A DNA stretch of 64,000 nt from Vulcanimicrobiota bacterium. GTDB lineage: Bacteria > Vulcanimicrobiota > Vulcanimicrobiia > Vulcanimicrobiales > Vulcanimicrobiaceae. Shown piece by piece: positions 47,883 to 57,552 of the stretch. The stretch lies in NCBI GenBank assembly GCA_963695225.1, contig OY968762.1, positions 1,120,001 to 1,184,000 on the forward strand, read 5' to 3'. Below the pieces are notes generated by a model, which had not been told where the DNA came from, made no database searches, and saw only the letters and a program-made list of their open reading frames with translations. A program made the position numbers and the translations under genes. Each line of letters starts with the position of its first letter. Within the stretch, counting starts at the first letter, position 1.

Positions 47883-50174
47883 TCAAGGGGCCCGGTACGC
47901 GGTTGCGCGCGCGCGAGACGCCGGCGTCGCGGAATCCGGCGCCGCGACGGGTGCGCCGATGGTTCCGGTGAGCGAAGCGGTCGCCGGCCATTCTCCTAAT
48001 CCGAATTGCCTTGTGAACGCTCCCGGCGCCGACGATACGGTGATCGCATACGTCGATGGATCCATTGTGAACTGCACGACCCCGGGGTCCGCGTTCGTCG
48101 CCGAAACCCCGATGCCGCCTTCCACGGGGAAGGTATCGAAGCCGGCGCAGAGGTTGCTGCTTTCGGGCGTGGCATTGCACGAACCGACCGACGCCGACGT
48201 GTACTCGAAGAGCGGGCAGAACACGTTGCCCGCACCGCTTGTGGGTCCCGGCTCTCCGTCGTTGCACGGTGCCGGCTGATCGGCCGCCGGGCCGACGTTG
48301 AACGTCCCGGAGCCCCGGCTTAGCGGTAACGCGCCGATCGTCATCGGCTCTACCGCACTCAGCGCGAAAACTGCGATCGGCACCGGACTTCCGGACGACG
48401 CGGTGAAGCGACCGTCGAGCGACGTGATCGTCGCCGTCGAATTCCCTTCCACTTGCGGGAAGTACAGATTCTGCGGCTCGGGCGACGCGTCGATCGCCGG
48501 AACCACGGGATGGACGTCGGAACGGAACGTCAGAGCGAAGACGAGGCCGAAGCCGCCCGTCCCGCTTCCGGGGTTTCCGTTCAGCCTAGTGAGCGTCTCG
48601 CTTTCGGAGTAGGTGAGCGTCCCTTGCCATTGCGTCAGCGGCTCGATGTTGCTCCCGACGCCGTTCGCATCGAAAACCTGAACCAGGCCCTTCGAAAACT
48701 GCCCGGAAGCCGGCAAGCTCACGGTGATCTCGCTCGACGTCCACGTAACGGGAGTCAGCGTCTCGGCACTCCCTGCGTCGACGATGACGACGGTCCCGGC
48801 GGCCGGGGGGAACCGGCCGGAGATCGCGAGCGTACCGCTCGTCGGCCCTTCGGAGGTCATCGCCATCGACTCGATCGAGGGTAACGCGTACTCGACCGGC
48901 GGGTCCTCGACGCTCGCGAGCCGGCTCTCGAGCCACACGCTCCTCAGGGACGCCGCGTACGTTACAGAGGACGTCCCAAACGGTCCCGACCGATTTTCCG
49001 TCGCCATGATCGCGGCGATGTCGTCGAACGGGAACGGTCGCTGCGGCGGCTTTCGTTGCGCCGCGAACTGATCGAGGCCGGTCTTGCTCGGGCTTTGCTC
49101 GCCGAGCATCCGGTCGAAGATGAAGGCTTCCGTCTGGTCGGCGTCTTGGGAATCGACCGAGCCTGTCCAGCCGGTATAGCGGCCGACGCCCGCCGCCTGC
49201 AGCGTGCTCGAAACGCCCGCTGCAATCGCCGGATTCTGCCCGTTGCACGACTGGTTATCGACGATGGCGCCGGAGTTGAATCCCAGATGAGCCGTAAGGA
49301 ACGCCGGAGTGAACGCCCACTTCGGCAACTGGCCTGCCTCGCTGCTGCCCACTAAATTCCACGCAACGAAGATGTTCTTTGCCTGGTAGTCGTCATAGTA
49401 CTTCAGCATCGTCGTTGAATTAAACGGCGTCGTCGACAATAGGGCATAGTATGGGTTCGATGACTGCCGCCCATACACCATACCGTGCGTCGCGATCGAG
49501 AGAAAATCGATCTGATGGCCGTTCAGCGCTAGGACGCTGTCCAGCGACATATCGAGTACATCGACGTTGTACTCCGCACCGCTCGCGCTCCCGACGCTTC
49601 GGAACGCCGCCCCGAACGCCCGTTGCCGCTGCGGTGCGAAGGCGCAAATGTCGGAACCATTCACCAGGAGCGCCACCTCGTGTGCCGTCGGAGCGCTTAC
49701 CGAGCTGCTCGGCGAAGGCGTCTCGGTCGCGCAAGGGTATAAGGCCGCGATTCTCCGCGAAGCCGCCGACGTGCTATAGCCCAGAGTTTCGGGATGATCG
49801 GCAAAGACGAGCGTCGCCGTTCCGTCCGCCGCGACGGCCGTGATCCCGCCGTCGGTCACCGTCGCGCTCGTGAACGCCTTCGAGGAGACCATCTGCGCGG
49901 CGAGCGCGCCCAAATCGGTCTGCAGATTTTGGTGCGGGAGCGTCGCGAAATAGGTCTGCGCGCTCTGCAGGCCGGCGGTCACCGCCGCGACGTTCGGCGT
50001 TGCGCCGGGCACGGGCGTCGAACCGGCGGTCGCAACCGGCGTCGGCTTAAGGCCGGGGGGCGTAACCGTCGAACCTCCGCCTCCGCAGCCCGCCAGCGCC
50101 GCGAGCGCCGCCGCTACGAACAGCACAGGCACTCGCGTGCAGCGAGCGGGCGCGCGAAGGGGGCGAACGTTCAT
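47883..50174 (-). CDS. Large hypothetical lipoprotein with IPT/TIG-like segment
   Basis: GAGGAG RBS; lipobox LAGC-GGGG; LAISGRF..TWTSSEITVSLP resembles IPT/TIG. Confidence 0.75.
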   Translation of the reverse strand: MNVRPLRAPARCTRVPVLFVAAALAALAGCGGGGSTVTPPGLKPTPVATAGSTPVPGATPNVAAVTAGLQSAQTYFATLPHQNLQTDLGALAAQMVSSKAFTSATVTDGGITAVAADGTATLVFADHPETLGYSTSAASRRIAALYPCATETPSPSSSVSAPTAHEVALLVNGSDICAFAPQRQRAFGAAFRSVGSASGAEYNVDVLDMSLDSVLALNGHQIDFLSIATHGMVYGRQSSNPYYALLSTTPFNSTTMLKYYDDYQAKNIFVAWNLVGSSEAGQLPKWAFTPAFLTAHLGFNSGAIVDNQSCNGQNPAIAAGVSSTLQAAGVGRYTGWTGSVDSQDADQTEAFIFDRMLGEQSPSKTGLDQFAAQRKPPQRPFPFDDIAAIMATENRSGPFGTSSVTYAASLRSVWLESRLASVEDPPVEYALPSIESMAMTSEGPTSGTLAISGRFPPAAGTVVIVDAGSAETLTPVTWTSSEITVSLPASGQFSKGLVQVFDANGVGSNIEPLTQWQGTLTYSESETLTRLNGNPGSGTGGFGLVFALTFRSDVHPVVPAIDASPEPQNLYFPQVEGNSTATITSLDGRFTASSGSPVPIAVFALSAVEPMTIGALPLSRGSGTFNVGPAADQPAPCNDGEPGPTSGAGNVFCPLFEYTSASVGSCNATPESSNLCAGFDTFPVEGGIGVSATNADPGVVQFTMDPSTYAITVSSAPGAFTRQFGLGEWPATASLTGTIGAPVAAPDSATPASRARATAYRAP

Positions 50175-50419
50175 GAGGGCTCCTCGAATTCGGTACTCGA
50201 GTAGCGAATACGAGCGAAGCCCGGCATTTCGATTGTCCTGACCATGCTGCGTCTACGATTCGCGCTCGTCCGGCCGCAAAAAAGAACCCCTGCGGCGTAA
50301 AAGGCCGGCCGGACTTTCTCTATTATTGGCTACGAAATCGCACTTTGGATATGAACCAACAGTCCCTATCTATCTGCGCTAAACACGCTTCTTGTAGGCA
50401 CTCTGAACGCTCTGATTTA

Positions 50420-50440
50420 GGCGCAACTATGATTTGCGCC
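50420..50440 (-). terminator. Possible terminator hairpin after SBP gene
   Basis: GGCGCAA-n7-TTGCGCC directly after the stop codon; no clear U tract. Confidence 0.35.
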
Positions 50441-50441
50441 G

Positions 50442-52076
50442 TCAGATGTCGACGTTCATGAAGTCGTCGAACGCGGAGAGCTGGTTGGGGTGGAAGCCCC
50501 GCAAGTCGCTGTTATAGGCGTAGATGTCCTCCGCGATCGAGGTGACGAAAACGGGGACGTCGCGTGCGATCGCTTCCTGGATCTTGTAGCCGATCGGGCG
50601 GCGCGCGGCATCGTCGTAGGTTGCCTTGAAGCGTTCCATCAACGCGTCGGCCTCGCCGTTGCAGTAGCGTGGATCGTTCTGCCCGTTCGGCGGACGCTGC
50701 TTGCACTCGAAGAGCGTCGAGAGGTCGCCAAGCGGATCGCCGCTCCACTGGAAGCTGACGACGTCGAAGCGCCCGGCGTAGATGATCCCGCCCTGCGCGT
50801 ACGACGCGAACATCAACGGCGCCGGATAGTGCTTGAACGTCAAGTCGACGCCGATCGCCTTCCACCACGCGCGGATCAACTCGTTGCGCGCGTCCGTATC
50901 GGGCGCCCCTGTGCTCGTCGCGAACTCGAGCGCCAAACGGACGGCGCCCTTTGCGCGCACGCCGTCCGCCCCGAGCTTCCAGCCCGCGCTCTCGAGCAGC
51001 GCCGCAGCCTTCTTCGGATCGTACGCGGTGAAGCCGATCGAGGGATCGTGCGCGGGGTTCAACGGGGAGACGACGCCGTCTTGAAGGATCCCGATGCCGC
51101 GGCCGAGTTTGTCGCGCAGGGTCCTGCGATCGGTCGCGAGCATGAGCGCGCGGCGCACGGCGGGGTCTTTCAGCGCGGGATGCTCCAGATTGAAATCGAC
51201 GTGCCCCCAGTAGTAGCTCGGTTGCCGCAGGAGGGCGACCCCTGGGATCGTCTTGAGATCGTCATAGTAGCGCGACGCGACCGGGAGCCACAGGTCGATC
51301 TCGTGCGTGCGGAGTTGCGTGACGACCGTGTTGCGATCCGGGACGATCTTGAAGACGATCCGCTGCAGCTTCGGCAGCCCGCGGAAATACAGCGGGTTCG
51401 GTTCGAGCTCGATCGAGTCGGAGCGCCTCCAGAACTTGTACTTGAACGGTCCGATGCCGATCGGGAGCGCGTTGTAGGGCGCGGTGTTGATATCCGGGAG
51501 ATCGGCGAGCAAGTGCTTGGGGAGGATGCACGGGTTCGCGCCCGCGGTCGAAAAGAACGTGAAGATCGCCGGGACGTACGGCCGGCTCAAATGGAAGACG
51601 ACCGTGTACTTGTCGGGCTCGTCGATCTTCTGGATCAAATCCCAACCGTCGCGCCCAACCTCGTTATTCCTCGGATTCAGGACGACGCGCGTCGAGAAGA
51701 CGACGTCGTCGGCATCGAACGGCTGCCCGTCCGACCACTTGACGCCCTTGCGCAGGCGGTAGGTGATCGTCTTCCCGTCGGCGCTGATGCCGCCGTTGCG
51801 CTGCGTGGGCACTTCCGTCGCAAGCTCGGGGATCGGCTCGTTGTGCGGCCCCGTCTTGAAGAGGTACGCCATCGTCAGGGTCGAGAGGTAGTTCACGACC
51901 GTCTGCGTCGCGAGGTGGGGGTTGAGCCCCGTGATGTCCTCGGCGGTCGCATACCGCAAAACGTGCGGGATCGTGAAGGCGTTCGCTGCAGCCGCCGGCG
52001 CCGGGCGCGCGGCAGCCGCGGCGAAAGCGGCGAGCAGGAGCGCGGCGCGAACGCGGCGCGGCCGGGTGGAATGCAA
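50442..52076 (-). CDS. Family-5 (peptide/nickel) ABC solute-binding protein
   Basis: DGKTITYRLRKGVKWSDGQPFDADDVVFS, PIGIGPFK; non-lipoprotein signal peptide; start approximate. Confidence 0.9.
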   Translation of the reverse strand: MHSTRPRRVRAALLLAAFAAAAARPAPAAAANAFTIPHVLRYATAEDITGLNPHLATQTVVNYLSTLTMAYLFKTGPHNEPIPELATEVPTQRNGGISADGKTITYRLRKGVKWSDGQPFDADDVVFSTRVVLNPRNNEVGRDGWDLIQKIDEPDKYTVVFHLSRPYVPAIFTFFSTAGANPCILPKHLLADLPDINTAPYNALPIGIGPFKYKFWRRSDSIELEPNPLYFRGLPKLQRIVFKIVPDRNTVVTQLRTHEIDLWLPVASRYYDDLKTIPGVALLRQPSYYWGHVDFNLEHPALKDPAVRRALMLATDRRTLRDKLGRGIGILQDGVVSPLNPAHDPSIGFTAYDPKKAAALLESAGWKLGADGVRAKGAVRLALEFATSTGAPDTDARNELIRAWWKAIGVDLTFKHYPAPLMFASYAQGGIIYAGRFDVVSFQWSGDPLGDLSTLFECKQRPPNGQNDPRYCNGEADALMERFKATYDDAARRPIGYKIQEAIARDVPVFVTSIAEDIYAYNSDLRGFHPNQLSAFDDFMNVDI

Positions 52077-52080
52077 GAGA

Positions 52081-53718
52081 TCAAATATCAACATTCATCA
52101 CGTCATCGAAGGGTGCGATCGGGTTCGGGTGCCACCCCTTCAAATCCCGATTGAATGCGAAGATTTCCTTGCGCGAATCGAGGACGATCGTCGGAACGTC
52201 CTCGAAGATCCCGCGCTGCGCCCGCCGGATCAGCGGCAGCCGCTCGGCGGGATCGTACGTGATCTGCGACTTCGCAATCAGAGAGGAGACCTCGGGATTG
52301 CAATAGTGCAGCAGGTTCTGGCCGTCGGGCGGGAAGCGATTGCAGGCGTAGATGTTCGATAGGTCCGCGATCGTGTTCTGCCCCCAGGCGAACACCGCGA
52401 CGTCGAACTTCCCGGCGTACAGGATCCCGCCGGCCTGGTACGTGTTGAACATCAGCGACGGCAGGTAGCGTTTGACCGTGAGGTCGATGCCCACTTGCCG
52501 CCACCAGCCGCGCATCAGTTCGATCTGCGTATCGCTGTCGGGCGAACCGGTGAAGGCCGCGAATTCGAGCGCTAGGCGCTGCCCGCCCTTGGTGCGGATC
52601 CCGTCGGCCCCCGGCTTCCAACCGGCCGCGTCGAGAATCGCCCGCGCCTTCGCCAAATCGAACGGAACCAGGGCAATGTCCTTGTCGTAATACGAGCTCG
52701 CGACCGGGACGGTCGATTCCGAGAGCAGGTAGATGCCGTTGCGCACCTTGTCGTTGAGCGTCTTGCGGTCGGTCGCGTAGCGGATCGCCTCGCGCACCGC
52801 GCGGTCGCGCAAGATCGGGCGCGCGAGATTGAAATCGAGGTGGTCGAAATAGAAGCTCGGGATCGTCAGCACCGTCACGCCCTCGATCTTCTGCACGTCG
52901 GGGACGTAATGCGGGCTGACCGGCGTCCACAGATCGAGCTCGTGCGTGCGCAGTTGCTGCAAGACGGTATTCCGGTCGGGGATCAGCTTGAAGACGATCT
53001 TCTGCAGCTTCGGTGCGCCGCGGAAGTAATTCGGATCCGGGACCATCGTGACCGAGTCGCCGCGCTTCCAACTCTCGAACTTGAACGGCCCGATCCCGAC
53101 GGGGAGTCCGTTGTACGCAGCGTTGTTGACGTCGGCGACGCCCTCGAGCAGATGCTTGGGGACGATCGACGGATTCGCGCCGCCCGTGCTGAAGAACGTG
53201 ACCGCATACGCGGAGTACGGCGTCGTGAGATGATAGACGACCGTGTACTTGTCGGGCTCGTCGATCTTCTCGATGCGCTCCCAGCCCTCGCGGCTGATGA
53301 CGTTCGTCTTCGGATCGAGGATCAGCTTCGTCGAGAAAACGACGTCGTCGGCATCGAACGGCTGTCCGTCCGACCACTTCACGCCCTTGCGCAGATGCCA
53401 GGTGATCGTCTTCCCGTCCGCCGAGATGCCGCCGTTCTTCTGCGTCGGAATCTCCGTGACGAGTTCGGGGACCGTCGGATCGCCGCGTTCGTCCGTCTTG
53501 ATCAGGTTCGCCATCGTCATCGACGACATGTACAAGACGACGGCCTCGCTCGAGAACATCGGGTTGAGGCCCGTGATGTCCTCGGCGCTCGCGTAGCGCA
53601 GCACGTGGGGAACCGTGTACGGCGCCCGCGCCGCGCTCCCGGTTGCGGAACCGGAGGTCTCGACGCGCGTGCATGCGGCGAGGGCGGCGAGCGCAAGGCC
53701 GAGCACGATCTTCTTCAA
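52081..53718 (-). CDS. Family-5 ABC solute-binding lipoprotein
   Basis: TTG start after GGGAG; lipobox LAAC; LRKGVKWSDGQPFDADDVVFS. Confidence 0.9.
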   Translation of the reverse strand: MKKIVLGLALAALAACTRVETSGSATGSAARAPYTVPHVLRYASAEDITGLNPMFSSEAVVLYMSSMTMANLIKTDERGDPTVPELVTEIPTQKNGGISADGKTITWHLRKGVKWSDGQPFDADDVVFSTKLILDPKTNVISREGWERIEKIDEPDKYTVVYHLTTPYSAYAVTFFSTGGANPSIVPKHLLEGVADVNNAAYNGLPVGIGPFKFESWKRGDSVTMVPDPNYFRGAPKLQKIVFKLIPDRNTVLQQLRTHELDLWTPVSPHYVPDVQKIEGVTVLTIPSFYFDHLDFNLARPILRDRAVREAIRYATDRKTLNDKVRNGIYLLSESTVPVASSYYDKDIALVPFDLAKARAILDAAGWKPGADGIRTKGGQRLALEFAAFTGSPDSDTQIELMRGWWRQVGIDLTVKRYLPSLMFNTYQAGGILYAGKFDVAVFAWGQNTIADLSNIYACNRFPPDGQNLLHYCNPEVSSLIAKSQITYDPAERLPLIRRAQRGIFEDVPTIVLDSRKEIFAFNRDLKGWHPNPIAPFDDVMNVDI

Positions 53719-53892
53719 TATCTCCCGCTCCCGTGATCGAACGACGTCATCCCCCGAACCGCCGGGGTCCGTGTGATCATTGAAGGCGTCGGAGAAAACC
53801 CCTCGACGCAAGCCGGAAATGCGGGATCGAACGGCCGGAGACGGGCGAAGGCCCGCCGGTGCGGGCCTTCGCGGGTTCATTCGGGGGAGGCG

Positions 53893-54183
53893 CTATGCTT
53901 TCACGAGGTTGACGACTTCGAATCCCGTCTCCTGAGGCGGCGAGCCGAAACCGCCGGGGATGCCCTTGCCCATGGCCGGCATCAGCGTGCCGTCGCGGAA
54001 CCGCTCCCAACTCTCTTTGGAATCGTGAACGGCGATGATCGTCCAGCCGCCCGGCGAAGCGCCTGCCGCGTGAAACAACTGCCCCTTCGGCAGGACGTCG
54101 CGTGCCGGATGGACGGCGGCGATCGACGCTTCGTACTGGTCTTTCGTGCCGCCCGGAAAGAAATGCACGATCCCGTAGGCCAT
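53893..54183 (-). CDS. Small dimeric alpha+beta barrel (ABM-like) hypothetical protein
   Basis: AGGAGG RBS; MAYGIVHFFPGGTKDQYE..FHAAG..WTIIAVHDSKESWERF. Confidence 0.75.
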   Translation of the reverse strand: MAYGIVHFFPGGTKDQYEASIAAVHPARDVLPKGQLFHAAGASPGGWTIIAVHDSKESWERFRDGTLMPAMGKGIPGGFGSPPQETGFEVVNLVKA

Positions 54184-54377
54184 TCTGTTCCTCCTGATCA
54201 AGCGTTTGAGCGGTAAGAGTCTGGATCGACGGCCGCGTCCGTTCGGCGGCGCGCCGCGCGTCCCAGCCCTAAGCGAGAGGGCGCAATCTCGCTCCATCCC
54301 CTCGCGCCCCGAGGGGCCCACACTTTCTCGAGCTCGGAGCCGCGCCGGCGGCGGGCCAGGCCACGGTCACTCAGGGA

Positions 54378-54528
54378 GCGGGCGGGGCGGGGCGACGCTC
54401 TCCCGCGGGGCGTGCAGCTTGCCCGCGGAGCCACGATGGCGGGAGCGGGCAAGTGCACGAGTAGCGATTTCGCATGGATGCGAAATCGCGGGCGTCCCCG
54501 CGGGAGAGCGTCGCCCCGCACCGCCCGC
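54378..54528. repeat. 151-nt Y-shaped palindromic element (MITE-like or structured RNA)
   Basis: 33-nt terminal inverted repeats (32/33 match) enclosing hairpins 54411-54459 and 54464-54489. Confidence 0.75.
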
Positions 54529-54578
54529 GGGCCCAGCGATCAGGCCGACGAGCTGAGGGTAACTTGAGTGTCATGCGC

Positions 54579-56252
54579 TCAGAGCGAGTAGGCGTGCGGG
54601 TTCCAGAACGGGGAGATCACGGAGGACGTGCTGTAACCGGCGAGGTCGGCGTTGCGCACGAGCGGTTCGCGCCGGAAGAATAGCACGATCGACGGGACGT
54701 CGCTCGCGAAGCGCCGCTGTTCGAGTTGCGAGAACGCCTTCCGCTTGACCGGATCGACCGTGGCGAGGCCGTCGTCCATCGCCTTGGTCGCGAGCGGATC
54801 GTCCCAAAACAGCGCGTTCTGCCCGTGCGGGGCGAAGTTGTGCGCGGAGTAGATCGCGCTGTCGTCCGGGTCGGCCGCCCCGCCCCAAGCGAAGCTCGCG
54901 ACGTCGTAATGCCCGCCCTGGAGCGTGCCGTTCGCGGTGTTGTCGTACATTTGCGCGGTCGGAACGTTCTTCACGGAGACGTCGGCGCCGATGTCGTGCC
55001 ATTGGCGCTGCACGAGAACCTCGATCGCGCGCCCGCCGGTGCTCTCGGTCGCGGTCGTGTAGGTGAAGGCGAGCCGCTCGCCGTGCTTGACCCGGATGCC
55101 GTCGGGTCCGGCTTTCCAACCGAGCGCATCCAGCAACGCTTTCGCCTTCTCGGGAGCGTAATCGAAGTGATCCGTATCGGCGGTGTACGCCCACGAGAGA
55201 CGCGGCGACTGCGCGACGTCCGTGAGGTCTCCGAGCCCGTGGTCGATCTTCTCGAGGATCTCGCGCCGGTCGATCCCCAGCGCGAGCGCGCGCCGCAAGC
55301 GCACGTCCGCAAAGAGCGGCCTGCGCAAATTGAAGTCGATGTGGTCGTAGGTAAAAACCGGCTCGGCCTCCGTCAGCATGCCGGGAACGTTCTGCACTTG
55401 AGGCCATAAGGAGCCGCCGAGGTGGACGGCAACGTCGATCTCGTGCGTGCGCAGTTGCGCGACCATCGTGTTGTCGTCGGGAAAGATCTTGAAGACGACC
55501 GTGCGGATCTTCGGGGCGCCTAGGTAGTAGCGGTCGTACGCCTCGAGCTTGATCGACGCACCGCGCTGCCAGTTCACGACCTTATAGGGTCCGCTGCCGA
55601 CGGGCGCCGACTGATAGGCGGCCGTGTTGAACGAGCCCGCATCGTCGTTGAACTTCTCGAGGAGATGCGCCGGCAGGATCGGCGCGTTCCCGTTGACGCC
55701 CCATAACTGCTGCAAGAAGGGCGCGTAGATCCGCTTCATGTGGACGACGGCGACGAGCGGGTCGCGGCAGTCGATGCTCGCGATATCCTTGTAGCCGTCG
55801 GTCGTGACGACGTTGTTGTGCGGATTCATCACCGCCTTCCAAGTGAAGGCGAGGTCCCGGCACGTGACGGGCTCGCCGTCATGCCACGTCATGTTCGGGC
55901 GCAGCTTGTATTTGAGCGTCAGGCCGTCTTTGGCGACGTCGCCGTTCTCGAGCGTCGGCAACTCGCGCAGCGCGTCCGGGACGGGCTTCGCCTTATCGTC
56001 GTAGCGAACGGCATACGAGAAGACGAACATCGAAAGATCGAGCGTCATCGCGCTGGTCGCGAGCATCGGGTTGAGCGATTTCGCGTCCTGCCCTTCGCCG
56101 ATGACCAAGCGGTCCGCGTTCGTCCAGGGATTCCGCGCGGCGGAGGAGCCGGGGGCTACGGCGTTCTGCGTTTCGACCTTCGTGCAACCGGTTGCGATCA
56201 ACGCCGCGAGGAGCCCGCCGGCGAGGCGGGCCCGCCACGGCGCGTCAGCCAA
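54579..56252 (-). CDS. Family-5 ABC solute-binding lipoprotein
   Basis: TTG 56252 overlaps the upstream stop; lipobox ATGC; LRPNMTWHDGEPVT..D, PVGSGPY. Confidence 0.9.
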   Translation of the reverse strand: MADAPWRARLAGGLLAALIATGCTKVETQNAVAPGSSAARNPWTNADRLVIGEGQDAKSLNPMLATSAMTLDLSMFVFSYAVRYDDKAKPVPDALRELPTLENGDVAKDGLTLKYKLRPNMTWHDGEPVTCRDLAFTWKAVMNPHNNVVTTDGYKDIASIDCRDPLVAVVHMKRIYAPFLQQLWGVNGNAPILPAHLLEKFNDDAGSFNTAAYQSAPVGSGPYKVVNWQRGASIKLEAYDRYYLGAPKIRTVVFKIFPDDNTMVAQLRTHEIDVAVHLGGSLWPQVQNVPGMLTEAEPVFTYDHIDFNLRRPLFADVRLRRALALGIDRREILEKIDHGLGDLTDVAQSPRLSWAYTADTDHFDYAPEKAKALLDALGWKAGPDGIRVKHGERLAFTYTTATESTGGRAIEVLVQRQWHDIGADVSVKNVPTAQMYDNTANGTLQGGHYDVASFAWGGAADPDDSAIYSAHNFAPHGQNALFWDDPLATKAMDDGLATVDPVKRKAFSQLEQRRFASDVPSIVLFFRREPLVRNADLAGYSTSSVISPFWNPHAYSL

Positions 56253-57378
56253 TCCGCATGCTCTCCGGGTCGATTCCGTGCTTGCGGCAGAAGTCCGCGT
56301 ACGCAAGCGGCGAGATCTCGGAAGGCTTGATCTCGCTGCGCCCGCCCCAGAAGACGTTCGTGTAGCCGATCTCGATGCCGGCTTCACGCAAGTGCTCGTC
56401 GATCGCGGCCTTGTGCGCGAGCACGAGTTGCTTGTCGGTCCCGTGCGCGACGCCCATCACGTTGACGTTGCGAAACTCCTCGCCGCCTTCGCGCCAGTAG
56501 GCGTGCGTCATGACGTGATGCCGCCCCACCTCGCGGCCGGCGTCGATCTCGCGCCCAGCCGGCACCTGCCAGTGGAAGAGTGCGTTGTAGCGCGTGACGC
56601 GCTCGCTTCCCGCCGTCGGCTTGACGTGTTCGAGGAACGTCGAGAAGCGGCCGATCACCTTGCGCTCGTGCAACGACTGCGCTACATCGCAGAACGATTC
56701 GAGATCTTCCCCGGCTTCCCGTGCGCGCGCGGCCCAGATGTCGCGCACGAACTCTTCGGGTTCGAACTCGCGCTTGAGCGCGGTCAGCACGCGCCATTCG
56801 CGGTCGGTCAACTCGACGATGTTCGTGTAGACTTCATCGGCGAGAACGTCGGCGCGGCTGCCGGGCTCGAGCCCCTTGCGCCGCACGTGCCCGACGCCGA
56901 GCGCGAAGAGGCGCTTCGCCGGCATCAAGCGGACGGCGTCGGCGCCGATCGTCGTGCGGAGGAACTCCGCGTGCTTCTCGATCGAGTAGCCTTGCGGCAC
57001 TTTCAGCGTCGTCCAGAGGCGATACTTCGCGCCCGGAGTCGCCGGGTCGGCCGTCCGGATGACGACGTGCCCCGAGAACGGATCCTCGCGGTAGAGATAA
57101 TCGAACGCCGCGTCCAGCTTGTTCTCGGTGACGACCCAGGCGACGAGCGCGCCGTCGGCGAGGTTCGTCGCCATCAACGTCTGCCGGACGCGCCGGATCA
57201 CGCCGGCCGAGAGCATCGCCCGGATGCGCTCGATCACGGTCTCGGCCGGCACGCCCGATAGCTCGGCGATCGACCCGACCGGATCCCGTTGGAACCCCTG
57301 GATGCGGTCCTCGGAGACGCTAAGGATCTTCGTATTGATCGGGTCGCCGATGGCGACGGGTACTTCGACTACGCCCAT
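56245..57378 (-). CDS. Lrp/AsnC-fold tandem protein, siroheme decarboxylase AhbA/B (NirDL)-like fusion
   Basis: Two HTH+RAM repeats; GVIRRVRQ / KVIGRFST; NALFHWQV, THAYWR (HxYxR), VMGVAHG. Confidence 0.7.
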   Translation of the reverse strand: MGVVEVPVAIGDPINTKILSVSEDRIQGFQRDPVGSIAELSGVPAETVIERIRAMLSAGVIRRVRQTLMATNLADGALVAWVVTENKLDAAFDYLYREDPFSGHVVIRTADPATPGAKYRLWTTLKVPQGYSIEKHAEFLRTTIGADAVRLMPAKRLFALGVGHVRRKGLEPGSRADVLADEVYTNIVELTDREWRVLTALKREFEPEEFVRDIWAARAREAGEDLESFCDVAQSLHERKVIGRFSTFLEHVKPTAGSERVTRYNALFHWQVPAGREIDAGREVGRHHVMTHAYWREGGEEFRNVNVMGVAHGTDKQLVLAHKAAIDEHLREAGIEIGYTNVFWGGRSEIKPSEISPLAYADFCRKHGIDPESMRIG

Positions 57379-57552
57379 AATGGCGTCTTACTTCTCACCC
57401 GGGAGGCGAAGCCCCGCAGCAGGCGCCCCGCCGCGGCAATCCCCGAGTATCAGGATATGAAGCACGCTTGCAGTTTGATACTTTAGAAACGGCAGCCACT
57501 GCCGCGGGTCCGCACCGGAGGCGTCTGGCGCAGCGATCGTGGGCGTACGGAT

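Noticed and set aside
53845..53872. Hairpin GCGAAGGCCCGC-n4-GCGGGCCTTCGC
   Set aside because: Most simply a terminator or stabiliser after the small 53893-54183 gene; nothing unusual.
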